Source of the DNA: Dehalococcoidia bacterium
GTDB lineage: Bacteria; Chloroflexota; Dehalococcoidia; SHYD01
Assembly: GCA_009692945.1 (NCBI GenBank)
Contig: SHYD01000001.1
Location: 77,898 to 136,494, forward strand
Direction of reading: 5' to 3'
Length of the DNA stretch: 58,597 nucleotides
The stretch's first letter is position 1, and every line of letters begins with the position of its first letter. Both the position numbers and the translations under genes were made by a program. The notes beneath the pieces are model-generated. The model saw nothing but the letters and a program-made list of their open reading frames with translations, made no database searches and was not told the DNA's origin. This document shows positions 1-15,282 of this stretch, piece after piece.

Positions 1-293
1 TGGGCGTCGGCGCGGTGGTCATCACCCGCGGGAGCGAGGGGATGGTGGTCCGGGACGCCGGCGGGGACATGCAGCACATCCCGGCGAGCAACCCCAGCGA
101 GGTGTACGATGTGACCGGGGCCGGCGATACCGTGATCGCCATCCTCACCTTGGCGCTGACGGCGGGGGCGCCGCTCTCCATCGCAGCCACCCTGGCCAAT
201 CTGGCCGCGGGCGAGGTCGTCAAGCGGCTGGGGAACGCGACCCTAACCCCGGAGGAATTCGCCGCAGCCATTCGAAAGGCTGAGACGGCTTGA
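1..293 (+). CDS. PfkB-family sugar kinase (RfaE/HldE domain I-like), 5'-truncated by window edge
   Basis: ITRGSEGM and EVYDVTGAGDTV (PfkB C-terminal signature), then LANLAAGEVV..LG as in HldE kinase domains. Confidence 0.8.
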   Translation, partial: GVGAVVITRGSEGMVVRDAGGDMQHIPASNPSEVYDVTGAGDTVIAILTLALTAGAPLSIAATLANLAAGEVVKRLGNATLTPEEFAAAIRKAETA

Positions 294-367
294 TCCGAGT
301 GATCCCGAACCTATCGCGCCCGTAGCTGGGCTTGCCGGACCGGTGTCAACCCGGCCAAGAACGACGA

Positions 368-399
368 ACGACGGCACACCCTCTAAGGCGTGCCGTCGT
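368..399. terminator. Hairpin between convergent genes, probable terminator
   Basis: ACGACGGCAC(368-377) and GTGCCGTCGT(390-399) form a perfect 10-bp stem downstream of rpoC and the kinase; no clear U-tract. Confidence 0.55.
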
Positions 400-440
400 C
401 CTATCTCACCAGACTGTATCCCCGGAGCGGCCGGTGGGAG

Positions 441-4781
<4,341 letters not shown>

Positions 4782-4782
4782 G

Positions 4783-7700
4783 TTAGAACTCTCCCTTTTC
4801 CATTCCGGTCAAGTCGATGCCCAGATCGGGTACCTCCAGCCCTGCATCTTCGATGAAGGTGACGGATTCCTCGTCATCGTTCAGGACTTCCACTGACAAG
4901 CCCAGGCTCTGGAGTTCCTTCACCAACACTTTGAACGACTCCGGAACGCCGGACTCCATGATGCTTTCGCCTTTAACAATGGCCTCGTAGGTCTTCACCC
5001 GGCCGACCACGTCATCGGACTTCACCGTCAACAACTCCTGGAGGATGTGGGCCGCGCCGTAGGCTTCCAACGCCCACACCTCCATCTCGCCGAACCGTTG
5101 CCCGCCAAACTGAGCCTTGCCACCCAACGGCTGTTGGGTGATGAGGGAGTACGGGCCGGTGGAGCGGGCGTGGATCTTATCCTCCACCAAGTGGACCAGT
5201 TTCATCATGTAGATCTGGCCCACGGTCACCGGATGGTCGAAGGATTCCCCGGTGCGGCCGTCATACAACGTCACTTTGCCGGAGGGCGGCGCCGCAAGCT
5301 GTTCCTCGTCGTACATCCGTTGGACGATACCCGTCAGTTCGTCCGCAGTCGGCGACCGCCCGTCGCGTCCATGGTGGTTCAGCCACAACCGGAGACATAC
5401 CTCCTTCGCATGGCCATCTTCCGTGTCGTCGAACACCCGGCGCGGGTCGAACCCCTGCTGTTCGATCCAACGGCGGGTGATAGCCATCCGTTGCTCCTGC
5501 GGCAGGTCGTGGGACAACGATGTCGGGTCGGCTGCCACCGCCTGGTCCACCATCCACGAGCGGGAGAGCGCATCTTCGATCGCCTCGCTGGTGGCCCCGT
5601 CGAACACGGGCGACAACACCCTGAAGCCGAGGTTCTTGGCGGCCCACCCCAGGTGGGTTTCCAGCACCTGGCCAATGTTCATGCGGGACGGCACGCCCAG
5701 CGGGTTCAGGATGATCTCAACCGGAGTCCCGTCCTCCAGGCGCGGCAGGTCCTCCACCGGCAGGATGCGGGCGATGACACCTTTGTTTCCATGGCGGCCC
5801 GCCATCTTGTCACCTTCGGAGAGCTTGCGGCGCTGGGCGATGCTGACCTGCACCAGCTTGATAACGCCCGGCGGCAATTCCGAGTGCTCTTCCCTGGAGA
5901 ACACTTTTACATCGATGATCTTGCCATGTTCGCCGTGGGGAACCCGTAGCGAGGTGTCCTTCACCTCCCGCGCCTTCTCCCCGAATATCGCCCGTAGGAG
6001 TTTCTCTTCAGGCGTCAGTTCCGTCTCGCCCTTGGGTGTGATCTTGCCCACCAGGATGTCGCCCGGGCCGACTTCGGCGCCGATGAGGATGATCCCTTCT
6101 TCATCCAGGTCCCGCAGACTCTCCTCACCCACGTTCGGGATGTCCCTGGTGATCTCCTCAGGACCCAGCTTGGTTTCCCGGGCTTCGATCTCATGCTTCT
6201 CGATATGGATCGAGGTGAACTTGTCCTGCTGGGACACCCGCTCGCTGATGATGATCGCGTCTTCGAAGTTGTATCCCTCGAAGCTCATGAACGCACAGAG
6301 CAGGCTCTGACCAAGCGCGAGTTCGCCTTGGTCGGTGCTGGAGCTGTCGGCAAGGGGCTGGCCCTTGCTGACAGTGTCACCTTTGGACACTATGGGCCGC
6401 TGGCTGATACAGGTCCCCTGGTTGCTGCGGCGGAAGCGAACGAGGTCACTGTTGTGACGCTGGCCGTCCTCCCCCTCAACCACAATCCGGGTCCCCGTCA
6501 CGCTGGCAACCACACCGTCAACCGGCGCCCGGACCACGTGGCCCGAGTCCCAGGCCGTCCGCAACTCCATCCCAGTACCCACCAAGGGAACTTCCGGACG
6601 CAGCAGCGGCACCGCCTGGCGCTGCATGTTGGAGCCCATCAGCGCCCGGTTGGCGTCGTCGTGCTCCAGGAACGGGATGAGGGAGGTGGCCACGCTGACA
6701 ATCTGCTTGGGCGACACATCCATGAAGTCGATCTTGTCGGACGGCTCCACCACGAACCGGTGCCCATGACGACCCTCGATGCGCGCCTGGATGAACTGGT
6801 TCTTCCCGTCGAGCAGCGCGTTGGCCTGGGCCACAATGTAATTCTCTTCCACGTCAGCCGATAAGTATTCGAATTCGGCCGAGACGAAGGGCGCGATCTT
6901 AACCAGGTGGTGGGGCAGTTGGACAATGGCCTGCGCGATGGCATCGGTGACCACGTCTCCCTTCCCCGCGATGGCCTGCCCCTCATTCCCGATCACGATC
7001 TCGCGCAGCGTCCGTCCGAGGAGCTGCGGTGCATCATTGGGCAACTCTTTGACGACCGGACGGTAGGGCGTCTCGATGAAGCCGTATTCGTTGACCCGTC
7101 CGTAGGTGGCCAGGGAACCGATGAGGCCAATGTTGGGGCCTTCCGGCGTCTCGATGGGGCAGATGCGGCCGTAGTGCGAATGGTGCACGTCGCGGACTTC
7201 GAATCCGGCCCGGTCGCGGGAAAGACCGCCCGGTCCCAGCGCCGAAAGGCGCCGTTTGTGGGTCAACTCGGCCAGCGGGTTGGTCTGGTCCATGAACTGC
7301 GAAAGCTGCGAGCCCCCGAAGAACTCTTTGATCGAGGCCACCACCGGGCGGATGTTGATCAGCGCGCTGGGCGTCACCTGCTCTGGATCGGTGATGGTCA
7401 TGCGCTCCCGGATCACGCGTTCCATCCTGAGCAGCCCGATGCGGAACTGGTTCTGAATCAGTTCTCCCACCGCGCGGATGCGGCGGTTGCCGAGGTGGTC
7501 GATATCGTCGGGATGTCCAACGCCGTTGTTGAGCTGGACCTGATGGCGGATGATCTCCACAAGGTCGTGATTGCTCAGGGTCCGGACGGTGTTAAGGGGA
7601 TCCAGTCCCAGACGTTTATTGATCTTATAGCGGCCCACCCGGCCGAGATCATAACGGCGGGGGTTGAAAAACAGCGCATTCACCAATGCCTGGGCATTAT

Positions 7701-8484
7701 CCAGGTTGGGAGGGTCGCCGGGGCGAAGCCGGCGGTACAACTCCACCAGCGCCTCATCGGTGGTCTTGGTAGGCTCGCGCTCCATGGTGGTGCGAATGTA
7801 GTGGTGATTGTCATCAGTGTCCACATCGGCGAACAGGCCCATCAGGTCGTCGTCCGAACCCAACCCGACGGCCCTGAGCAACATGGTGACCGGGATCTTG
7901 CGGCGCCGATCCACCTTGACGGACAGCACGTCGCGGTTGCTCGTTTCAAATTCCAGCCAGGCGCCCCGGTTGGGAATCAACTTGGCGTAGGCCAGCTTAC
8001 GCCCGCTGGCGGGGTCGTCTTCCAAGGTGAAGTAGACCGACGGCGAGCGCACCAACTGGCTGACCACCACCCGCTCGGCGCCGTTGATGATGAAAGTGCC
8101 GCTGGTGGTCATCAGGGGGAAGTCGCCCATGAAAATGGGCTGCTCGATGTGCTCGCCGGTCTCCTTGATGCTGAGCCGCACGTTGACGAACAGCGGCGCG
8201 GCAAAGGTGAGGTCGCGGGCGCGGCATTCGGCCTCGGGGTGTTTGGGGGTCCGGAACTCGTAGTCCTGGAACCACAATTCCATCCGGGAGCCACTGAAAT
8301 CTGTGATAGGATTTATTTCGTTGAAGAGTTCACGCAGGCCCTCGCGTTTGAACCACCCAAACGAATCGACCTGGATCTGGATGAGATCGGGGACTTCAAG
8401 TACGTCCGGGATGCGGGCGTAGGACTTGCGAGTCCGGGGGACGACACTGCGCTGCAAGGCGGAAGGCAGAGCCGTTAACGTCAT
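4783..8484 (-). CDS. rpoB: DNA-directed RNA polymerase subunit beta
   Basis: [44 protein letters not shown]; start set at ATG 8484 behind a GGAGGAGG RBS. Confidence 0.99.
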   Translation of the reverse strand: MTLTALPSALQRSVVPRTRKSYARIPDVLEVPDLIQIQVDSFGWFKREGLRELFNEINPITDFSGSRMELWFQDYEFRTPKHPEAECRARDLTFAAPLFVNVRLSIKETGEHIEQPIFMGDFPLMTTSGTFIINGAERVVVSQLVRSPSVYFTLEDDPASGRKLAYAKLIPNRGAWLEFETSNRDVLSVKVDRRRKIPVTMLLRAVGLGSDDDLMGLFADVDTDDNHHYIRTTMEREPTKTTDEALVELYRRLRPGDPPNLDNAQALVNALFFNPRRYDLGRVGRYKINKRLGLDPLNTVRTLSNHDLVEIIRHQVQLNNGVGHPDDIDHLGNRRIRAVGELIQNQFRIGLLRMERVIRERMTITDPEQVTPSALINIRPVVASIKEFFGGSQLSQFMDQTNPLAELTHKRRLSALGPGGLSRDRAGFEVRDVHHSHYGRICPIETPEGPNIGLIGSLATYGRVNEYGFIETPYRPVVKELPNDAPQLLGRTLREIVIGNEGQAIAGKGDVVTDAIAQAIVQLPHHLVKIAPFVSAEFEYLSADVEENYIVAQANALLDGKNQFIQARIEGRHGHRFVVEPSDKIDFMDVSPKQIVSVATSLIPFLEHDDANRALMGSNMQRQAVPLLRPEVPLVGTGMELRTAWDSGHVVRAPVDGVVASVTGTRIVVEGEDGQRHNSDLVRFRRSNQGTCISQRPIVSKGDTVSKGQPLADSSSTDQGELALGQSLLCAFMSFEGYNFEDAIIISERVSQQDKFTSIHIEKHEIEARETKLGPEEITRDIPNVGEESLRDLDEEGIILIGAEVGPGDILVGKITPKGETELTPEEKLLRAIFGEKAREVKDTSLRVPHGEHGKIIDVKVFSREEHSELPPGVIKLVQVSIAQRRKLSEGDKMAGRHGNKGVIARILPVEDLPRLEDGTPVEIILNPLGVPSRMNIGQVLETHLGWAAKNLGFRVLSPVFDGATSEAIEDALSRSWMVDQAVAADPTSLSHDLPQEQRMAITRRWIEQQGFDPRRVFDDTEDGHAKEVCLRLWLNHHGRDGRSPTADELTGIVQRMYDEEQLAAPPSGKVTLYDGRTGESFDHPVTVGQIYMMKLVHLVEDKIHARSTGPYSLITQQPLGGKAQFGGQRFGEMEVWALEAYGAAHILQELLTVKSDDVVGRVKTYEAIVKGESIMESGVPESFKVLVKELQSLGLSVEVLNDDEESVTFIEDAGLEVPDLGIDLTGMEKGEF

Positions 8485-8626
8485 ACGGTAATCCTCCTCC
8501 CCGCACAAGGCGGGATGCGAAAGTGGCACGGGCTCGAACGCCGCGCGCCACCGTGCTGCTGGTTGGGACTTGGACGGAGAAAAGAGTCCGGCGCAATACT
8601 TGGGTACGCATACGCCGTAAATAAGA

Positions 8627-8655
8627 ATTCTACTCCGCCTCTCTCATATTGTCAA
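8627..8655 (-). promoter_or_regulatory. Sigma-70-type promoter of rpoBC
   Basis: Minus strand TTGACA-17 nt-TAGAAT. Confidence 0.8.
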
Positions 8656-8709
8656 CAACACGGAAACCGCGATTTTGCAACACCATCGAGGCACATCGGA
8701 GGGAGTTCA

Positions 8710-9198
8710 ATGGCAGACACGTATATCACCGAAGACCTGCGGGCCCAGGTGGGCAAAGAACGAGACCGCGTCGTGTCGTTCCCAGTCGACAGGAGTCTCA
8801 TCCGTCAGTGGGCCATCGCGGTTCGCTGGCCGGAACCGCCCGAGCGGCTCTATTGGGACGAGGAGTACGCAAAGAAGACCCGGTTCGGCGGTATCATCGC
8901 CCCCCCCTACTTCAACCCCTTCGCCTACCACATCGATGAGGCGCGAATGAAGGGTCCCTCCACTTCGGGCGTTCTCTCGTCCTTACCGGGCACCCGGCCC
9001 CTCAACGGTGGCGGCGAGGCGGAATACTACGAACCCATCCGTCCCGGCGACGTCATCACCTCAGTCTCCAATATCGCAGAATTGTACGAGCGCCCGGGAC
9101 GGCTCGGCGTCATGATGTTCACCATCACCGAAACCCGCTGGACCAACCAGCGGGGCGAACTCGTCCGCATCTACCGCGCCACCAGCATTCGCTACTGA
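8710..9198 (+). CDS. MaoC-family (hot-dog) dehydratase, N-terminal-type subunit
   Basis: YAKKTRFGGIIAPP and NGGGEAEYYEPIRPGDVI; ATG 8710 with GGAG RBS. Confidence 0.85.
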   Translation: MADTYITEDLRAQVGKERDRVVSFPVDRSLIRQWAIAVRWPEPPERLYWDEEYAKKTRFGGIIAPPYFNPFAYHIDEARMKGPSTSGVLSSLPGTRPLNGGGEAEYYEPIRPGDVITSVSNIAELYERPGRLGVMMFTITETRWTNQRGELVRIYRATSIRY

Positions 9199-9214
9199 TC
9201 CGGAGGTCTGACAG

Positions 9215-9643
9215 ATGGCCAAGCTCTACTTTGAAGACGTGCAGGTGGGCGATCGGGTTCCCGAGTTCCGGCGCCAGACCGGCTACATGGAATGGGGACG
9301 GTTCGCCGGCGCCAACGAGGAGTACGTGGCGATCCACGAGGACGACGATGCCGGGACAAAGTCAGGGTTGCCGGGCGGCATCGGCATGGGGAACCTCCGC
9401 TTCTGCTACGTCCAGAACATGCTGAACGACTGGATGGGCGAGGATGGCTGGATCAAAAAGGTCTCGCTGCAATACCGGGGCCTCAACCTGAAAAACGACT
9501 GGATCATCACCAAGGGGACTGTCACCGGCAAGCAGAAGCAGGACGGGGAATGCCTGGTCGAACTGGATGTGCAGGCCGAGAACGGCAAGGGCGAGGTGAC
9601 CGCGCCAGGCAAAGCGGTGGTGTTGCTGCCCTGCCGGGGGTGA
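9215..9643 (+). CDS. MaoC-family dehydratase, partner subunit
   Basis: LYFEDVQVGD, AIHEDDDA..SGLPG; forms the usual heterodimeric hot-dog pair with the upstream gene. Confidence 0.85.
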   Translation: MAKLYFEDVQVGDRVPEFRRQTGYMEWGRFAGANEEYVAIHEDDDAGTKSGLPGGIGMGNLRFCYVQNMLNDWMGEDGWIKKVSLQYRGLNLKNDWIITKGTVTGKQKQDGECLVELDVQAENGKGEVTAPGKAVVLLPCRG

Positions 9644-9689
9644 AAACGGGGAGTGCCTTTCCCCAAACACAAGGCGCCGCGCATGCACG

Positions 9690-9775
9690 CCCCCTCTCCT
9701 CAATCCTCTCCCACCAGGGGAGAGGAAGCCTCAGGTTCCCTCGCCCTTGATGAGAGAGGGTTAGGGAGAGGGTGA
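9690..9775. repeat. CCCTCTCC/GGAGAGGG nested palindromic intergenic element
   Basis: cccctctcc...cctctccc-accag-gggagagg...gggagagggtga between convergent genes. Confidence 0.6.
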
Positions 9776-9783
9776 TAACAGCA

Positions 9784-11163
9784 CTACTTCCCGATGCAGA
9801 ACTTGCTGAAGATGGCGTCCAACAGGTCCGGCTGCGCCGCCTCCCCGGTGATATCGCCCAGCGCCTCCACGGCGCTCGTCAGGTCGATGGTAATGAAATC
9901 CGCGGGCAACCGGTCGTGGTGCGCCCGGAGCGCATCGCGCACGTGGCCCGCGGCCCGCTCCAGCGCCGAACGGTGGCGAACGTTGCACACCACCGGCTCG
10001 GACCCATCGAAAACCGCCGCACCCAGCACGAACCGGCGCAGACTTCCCGCAAGTTCATCGATCCCGTCGCCGGTCAGGGCTGAAACGCGTTGCCCCGGCC
10101 AACCGGCAGCCCCGGCAGGAAGCGCCAGTTCCTGGCTTTCCCCTTCGCTGGGCACAGCCCATGGGGCAGGCGGCAGGTCGGCCTTGTTGCCAACCACAAA
10201 AACCCGTCTGCCCGCCAACTCCCGCGCCAGCTCGCTATCCTGCGTATCCCAGCCCCGGCTGAGATCGACGACGAACAGCACCACGTCGGCGGTGTCAGCG
10301 GTCGCCCGGCTGCGCTCGATCCCCATCCGTTCAATCTGATCGACGGTGTCCCCTATCCCGGCGGTGTCGACAAAGACAAAGGGGATGTCCCGGAGGTTGG
10401 CCACTTCTTCCAGCGTGTCCCGAGTGGTCCCCGGAACGCTGGCCACGATGGCCCGGTCCCGCCCGAGCAACCGGTTGAGCAGGCTCGATTTCCCCGCGTT
10501 GGGACGCCCAATGATTGCCGTCCGCACCCCATCCCGGTAGATGATCCCCTGTCCAGCGGTGGCGACCAGCGCTTCGATCCCGTTCAGGGCTTGCTCCATC
10601 GCGGGAGCCACATCTATGGTCCCAACCTCGTCCTCCGGGAAATCGACCAGCGCGGTGAGGTAGGCGAGGGGCTCCAGCAGCGACCCCCGCAGCGCCCGCA
10701 CCCGCTCCGACAACGCTCCCGATAGGCCATCGACAGCCAGCCGCAGACCCGCGGGTGTCTTCGATATGATCACATCCAGCACCGACTCCGCCTGGGCTAG
10801 GTCCAGACGGCCGTTCAGGAAGGCCCGCAGCGTGAATTCGCCGGGATCGGCCAGCCTGGCCCCCTGTCGCAGCAGCAGCCCCAGGACCGTCTGGACCACC
10901 AGGGGGCCGCCGTGGCAGGTGACCTCCACCATGTCCTCGCGCGTGTAGCTGCGGGGAGCGCTCAGCAGCAACGCCATCACCTCGTCCACCCTCGACCCCG
11001 TCTCCGGATCGGTCAGGTGGCCGTAGACAGCCCGGTGGTCCTGCAACGGCCGGGTAAAGAGCCCCGCCACGATCGACTCGCTACCGGAACCGCTGAGACG
11101 GACGACACCCAGCGCGCCCACCCCCAGCGGCGTGGCGATGGCGGCGATGGTGTCTTGGTACAC
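9784..11163 (-). CDS. mnmE: tRNA modification GTPase MnmE
   Basis: DTIAAIATP, GRPNAGKSSLLN, GTTRD, DTAG, NKAD, C-terminal FSKFCIGK. Confidence 0.98.
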   Translation of the reverse strand: MYQDTIAAIATPLGVGALGVVRLSGSGSESIVAGLFTRPLQDHRAVYGHLTDPETGSRVDEVMALLLSAPRSYTREDMVEVTCHGGPLVVQTVLGLLLRQGARLADPGEFTLRAFLNGRLDLAQAESVLDVIISKTPAGLRLAVDGLSGALSERVRALRGSLLEPLAYLTALVDFPEDEVGTIDVAPAMEQALNGIEALVATAGQGIIYRDGVRTAIIGRPNAGKSSLLNRLLGRDRAIVASVPGTTRDTLEEVANLRDIPFVFVDTAGIGDTVDQIERMGIERSRATADTADVVLFVVDLSRGWDTQDSELARELAGRRVFVVGNKADLPPAPWAVPSEGESQELALPAGAAGWPGQRVSALTGDGIDELAGSLRRFVLGAAVFDGSEPVVCNVRHRSALERAAGHVRDALRAHHDRLPADFITIDLTSAVEALGDITGEAAQPDLLDAIFSKFCIGK

Positions 11164-11217
11164 GAGGTATCGCCTAAACGCCAGTTCGCCAACATGGGGA
11201 CGGGCTACATCCGGGTG

Positions 11218-14200
11218 TCAAAGCCTACGGACCGTAACGCGAAAGCGGTGTCCGTCCATGTCCAGGTCTTCACTGTAGGCACCCGGCTGATCCCCACCCT
11301 CCACAATGACGTTTGGCCGGCAGGTTGTCAGTTTGAGGTGAGCTGTGGCAGGGGTCACCCCGATCGATCGCGACAGTGTCTCCTGCTTAATGTATTCCCC
11401 GTGAAACTCCACGACCCCCACAATTTCATCGTCGACTCCGGCCAACTCGGTCTGGATCGCGTCGGCGATGTCAAAGTCAGCGGTTCGCCGCATGGTCTGG
11501 AGACTATGCACCAGCTCCCGTGCCAGCCCCTCTCTCTTCAACGCCGGCGTGACGGTGCTGTCCACCGCCACCACGTAACCCCGCTCCTCCTGCAACACCC
11601 ATGGCTTCGCAATCTCCACGATCAGGTTCAGTTCGTCGCCCGACAGCGCGGCCTCCCGCCCGTCGTCGAGCCGGACGAGGACCGGTTGCCCGGCCGCATA
11701 CGCTGCATACCAGCCGGCGCGCTCGGCACCTGTCGCCCGGGCCACCGCCACCTTGATGCGCCGCAGGCCATCGCCGTACTTAGGACCGAGCACTTTGTCG
11801 TTGGTGGCGAACCGGCGGTCGAGACCCGGCGGGTCGCCCACAACGACAGCTTTGACGTTCAGTTCATCCTCCACCTGGCGCCGCAGCCGGTCGAGTACGG
11901 CGCGTTCCTGCTCGGTGCGGGGCGATAGGTACACCGTACCCAACGGCTGCCGGACCTTCACCGCGGCCTTGCTGCGGGCGGCCCGCCCCAGGCTCACCAT
12001 CCGCATCACCAGTTTGGTGTCCCGGTTCAGCGTCTCGTCCACCTCGGCGTAGTCCGGTTCCGGGAACTGGGTCAGGTGCACGCTTTCCAGCGCGTTGGCG
12101 TCCACCGAGCGCACCAGGTTCTGGTACAGCTCCTCGGCTACGAAGGGCGTGAAGGGCGCCAGCAGCTTCGAGAGCGTGGTCAGGCAGGTGTACAGCGTGT
12201 CGTACGCCGCGAACTTGTCGCCGTCGTTCTCGCTCTTCCAGAAGCGGCGGCGGGAGCGCCGCACGTACCAGTTGGAGAGGCCGTCCACGAACTCCTGGAT
12301 ACGGCGGCCTGCATCGGTGGGGTTGTAGGCCTCCAGCGCGGTGGTGACCTCCTCCACCAGCGTGTGCAGTTCGGAGCGGATCCAGCGGTCGAGGTCCGAG
12401 TACGGCAGCGGGCCGTCTGCTGTGGTGGGGTCGTAGCCGTCGATGTTGGCGTAGGTGACGAAGAAGCTATAGGTGTTCCACAGCGTGAGCAGGAACTTGC
12501 GCAGGCTCTCGCCCACCAGGTCCACCGAAAAGCGGCGGGGGTTCCCGGCGGGCGAGGCGGTGTAGAGGTACCAGCGCAACGCATCGGCGCCGTGGTTGTT
12601 CAGCACGCTCCAGGGGTCCACCACGTTCCCCTTGGACTTGCTCATCTTCTCGCCCTTTCCGTCCAGGATGTGGCCGAGGCTGATGACGTGCTGGTAGGCG
12701 ATAGAATCGCCCACCGACTCGGGCGCAGCGGCATGGAGCAGCGTAGCCAGCGCATGCAGGGTGTAGAACCAGCCCCGGGTCTGGTCCACCCCCTCGCAGA
12801 TGTAGTCCGCCGGGAACCAGGTCTTGAAGGTCTCCTGGTTTTCGAAGGGGTAGTGCCACTGAGCATAGGGCATCGCTCCCGAGTCGAACCAGGCGTCGAG
12901 CACTTCGCTGACACGCCGCATCGGCGCGCCGCACGCAGTGCAATCGAACAGCACGGCGTCGACGAAGGGGCGGTGGAGGTCGAGGCCGTCAGGAAGGCCG
13001 CGCACCCCGGGTTTCGCCGCCAGTTCCGCCCGGCCCCCGATGCATTCGTGGGCCCCGCAGCGCTCACACTGCCACACCGGCAGCGGGGTGCCCCAGTAGC
13101 GCTCCCGCGAGATCGCCCAATCGACGTTGTTGTCCAGCCAGTCGCCGAACCGGCCCTCCCGGATGTGGGCGGGGTACCAGTGGATGCGGGCGTTGCCGTC
13201 CACCAGCTGCTGCTTGACCATGGTCGTCCGGATGTACCACGAGGTCTTCACGTAGTACAGCAGCGGCGTGTTGCAGCGCCAGCAGAAGGGGTAGGTGTGG
13301 GTGATCGTGCCGACGCGGTGCACCAGACCCCGCTCCCGCAGGTCCCGCATGATGAGTGGGTCCGCCTGTTTGACGAACATCCCGGCGAACTCCTTTGGGC
13401 AGGGCTGGATCTCGCCCTTGAGATCGACGTGCTGGACGAAGAACAACCCCTCCGACTTCCCGAGTTCGAAGTCGTCAGCGCCGAAGGCGGGGGCGATGTG
13501 AACGACGCCGGTCCCGTCGTCCATCAAGACGAACTCGCCCGCCACCACCGGATAGGTGAGGGCCTCGCCGTCGGGGTGCTGATAGTTCGTCAACTCCACC
13601 GACCCAGCGCCGCCGAAGCGCTGCACCTGGAACCCCATCTCGACGGGGTCGAACAGCGGGTGATAGCGATGTCCCACCAGGTCGCTCCCCTTCACCGTCC
13701 CAGCGATGGTGTACTCCTCGCCCTTCAGCGCCTGCTCCGCCAACGTCCGGGCCAGCACCACCCGACCCGTCGCGGTGTCCGCCACCACGTAGTCCGCCTC
13801 GGGCGCCACCGCAAGGGCGGTGTTGCCGGGCAGCGTCCACGGCGTGGTGGTCCAGGCCATGATGGTGGCCGGAGTCTCCGGGGCGGACAGCAGCCGGTCG
13901 ACCTCAGGATTGCCGGGATGACGGCCCCCGCCCGGGTGCGCGGCGAGTCGGAACTTGACGTACACCGAGGGATCAACCGTCTCGTCGTTGTAACCGAGGG
14001 CCACCTCGTGAGAACTGAGCGAGGTGCCGCAGCGCGGGCAGTGGGGCGTGGTCCTATTGCCCAGGTACACCAGCCCCTTGTCCCACAGCTGTTTAATGAT
14101 CCACCAGCCGGTCTCGATGTAGTCGTTTCGGAAGGTGACGTAGGCGTTGGGGATGTCGATCCAGAAGCCGATGCGGTCGGTGAGGTTCTCCCACTCCTTG

Positions 14201-14583
14201 ACGTAACGGAACACCGATTCCCGGCACTTCTGGTTAAACCGCTCGATGCCGTACTCCTCGATCTCCCGTTTGCTGGCGAGCCCGAGTTCGCGTTCGACCT
14301 CCAGCTCCACCGGCAGACCGTGGGTGTCCCAGCCGCCCTTGCGGGGCGCCTGGAACCCCTGCATCGTCTTGTAGCGGGGGATGACATCCTTGAACACGCG
14401 GGCGAGCACGTGATGGATGCCGGGCATGCCGTTGGCGGTGGGCGGCCCCTCGAACATGATGAACGGGGGACTGCCCTCCCGCTGGGCGACGCTCTTGCGG
14501 AAGATGTCGTGCTGTTTCCAGAACGCCAGCACCCCCTCCTCCAGCGCCGGGAAGTTCACCTTGCTGTTGACCGCTTTGAACAT
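11218..14583 (-). CDS. ileS: Isoleucine--tRNA ligase, type 2
   Basis: EGPPTANGMPGIHH, GWDTHGLPVE, WTTTPWTLP, DWAISRERYWGTP, KMSKSKGN; upstream Ile T-box; start at ATG 14583. Confidence 0.98.
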   Translation of the reverse strand: MFKAVNSKVNFPALEEGVLAFWKQHDIFRKSVAQREGSPPFIMFEGPPTANGMPGIHHVLARVFKDVIPRYKTMQGFQAPRKGGWDTHGLPVELEVERELGLASKREIEEYGIERFNQKCRESVFRYVKEWENLTDRIGFWIDIPNAYVTFRNDYIETGWWIIKQLWDKGLVYLGNRTTPHCPRCGTSLSSHEVALGYNDETVDPSVYVKFRLAAHPGGGRHPGNPEVDRLLSAPETPATIMAWTTTPWTLPGNTALAVAPEADYVVADTATGRVVLARTLAEQALKGEEYTIAGTVKGSDLVGHRYHPLFDPVEMGFQVQRFGGAGSVELTNYQHPDGEALTYPVVAGEFVLMDDGTGVVHIAPAFGADDFELGKSEGLFFVQHVDLKGEIQPCPKEFAGMFVKQADPLIMRDLRERGLVHRVGTITHTYPFCWRCNTPLLYYVKTSWYIRTTMVKQQLVDGNARIHWYPAHIREGRFGDWLDNNVDWAISRERYWGTPLPVWQCERCGAHECIGGRAELAAKPGVRGLPDGLDLHRPFVDAVLFDCTACGAPMRRVSEVLDAWFDSGAMPYAQWHYPFENQETFKTWFPADYICEGVDQTRGWFYTLHALATLLHAAAPESVGDSIAYQHVISLGHILDGKGEKMSKSKGNVVDPWSVLNNHGADALRWYLYTASPAGNPRRFSVDLVGESLRKFLLTLWNTYSFFVTYANIDGYDPTTADGPLPYSDLDRWIRSELHTLVEEVTTALEAYNPTDAGRRIQEFVDGLSNWYVRRSRRRFWKSENDGDKFAAYDTLYTCLTTLSKLLAPFTPFVAEELYQNLVRSVDANALESVHLTQFPEPDYAEVDETLNRDTKLVMRMVSLGRAARSKAAVKVRQPLGTVYLSPRTEQERAVLDRLRRQVEDELNVKAVVVGDPPGLDRRFATNDKVLGPKYGDGLRRIKVAVARATGAERAGWYAAYAAGQPVLVRLDDGREAALSGDELNLIVEIAKPWVLQEERGYVVAVDSTVTPALKREGLARELVHSLQTMRRTADFDIADAIQTELAGVDDEIVGVVEFHGEYIKQETLSRSIGVTPATAHLKLTTCRPNVIVEGGDQPGAYSEDLDMDGHRFRVTVRRL

Positions 14584-14607
14584 GATGCGCTCCTGGAAAG
14601 CTGGAAG

Positions 14608-14637
14608 ATCCACAGATTACACAGATTTTCACAGATT
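14608..14637 (+). repeat. CACAGATT triple short repeat, copy 1
   Basis: ATCCACAGATTACACAGATTTTCACAGATT; near-identical copy at 15158-15187. Confidence 0.75.
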
Positions 14638-14654
14638 GGGAGATCGGGGTCAGG

Positions 14655-14768
14655 GAACGTACGAGTTCACATTCGAGGGGCATTTCGGGATGGGAAGCGG
14701 GAGTGCACGAGGGCGGCCGCCCTCTGCTTGTCCTGAGCTCGCCGAAGGGCCGGGGGCGTGGGGGTTCA
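14655..14768 (-). repeat. Dispersed structured repeat family A, copy in ileS leader with a ~21-bp insert
   Basis: Reverse complement reads CCCCCACGCCCCCGGC[insert]GCAGAGGGCGGCCGCCCTCGTGCACTCCCGC...TGAACTCGTACG, matching 20308-20409. Confidence 0.75.
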
Positions 14769-14812
14769 TGTCGATGGCCCCCTTAGTGTGAATTGATACC
14801 AGTGAACCGGTA

Positions 14813-15095
14813 CAAAAAAGCCCGTCCCCTATTCAAGGGACGGGCAAAACCCGCGGTACCACCCTCATTGCCGCAGCGTGCGGCCGCTCGATTTTTTGAG
14901 GCGCCTTGGCGCCCCTGCCCGGATAACGGGGGGCGGTCCCGGCCAGATCTACTCGGCCATGGCCCGCTCGCGGCGGACCCCGCCTTTCGGCTGGCGGCTC
15001 AGGAGGGATGTTCACCACCGCTCGACGTGTCCGCTCCCACCATGCCGGACTCGCTGGACGCCACCCGCGGGGCTACTCGTCTCCGTCTCAGCCTT
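14813..15095 (-). promoter_or_regulatory. T-box riboswitch (Ile specifier AUC) with intrinsic terminator
   Basis: Minus strand: GAGTAG, AGCGAG and GGTGGGA stem-I motifs; specifier GAAC-ATC (15009-15007); T-box AGGGTGGTACCGCG; terminator GCCCGTCCC-N8-GGGACGGGC-TTTTTT. Confidence 0.93.
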
Positions 15096-15157
15096 GTTCG
15101 TTATCGAACATAGCAAGAGGGAGGGGGAAGGTCAAGGGGGAGAACGAACCGGAGGGT

Positions 15158-15187
15158 ATCCACAGATTACGCAGATTGGCACAGATT
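15158..15187 (+). repeat. CACAGATT triple short repeat, copy 2
   Basis: ATCCACAGATTACGCAGATTGGCACAGATT. Confidence 0.75.
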
Positions 15188-15243
15188 GTGAGGTAACGGG
15201 AATTCGCAGGGACCGTCAAGGGGTAGGCGGACGCAGAATCGGG

Positions 15244-15269
15244 GTAGGGGCGGGTTTCAAACCCGCCCT
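15244..15269 (+). repeat. GTAG-type REP downstream of RAYT
   Basis: GTAG+GGGCGGGTTT-C-AAACCCGCCC hairpin. Confidence 0.9.
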
Positions 15270-15282
15270 CGAGCCCTCGCCA

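Noticed and set aside
12076-14736. 886-aa plus-strand ORF and other long antisense ORFs (e.g. 1122-2804, 6907-8478, 26788-28398)
   Set aside because: Shadow frames opposite well-conserved genes in high-GC DNA, with no recognisable motifs
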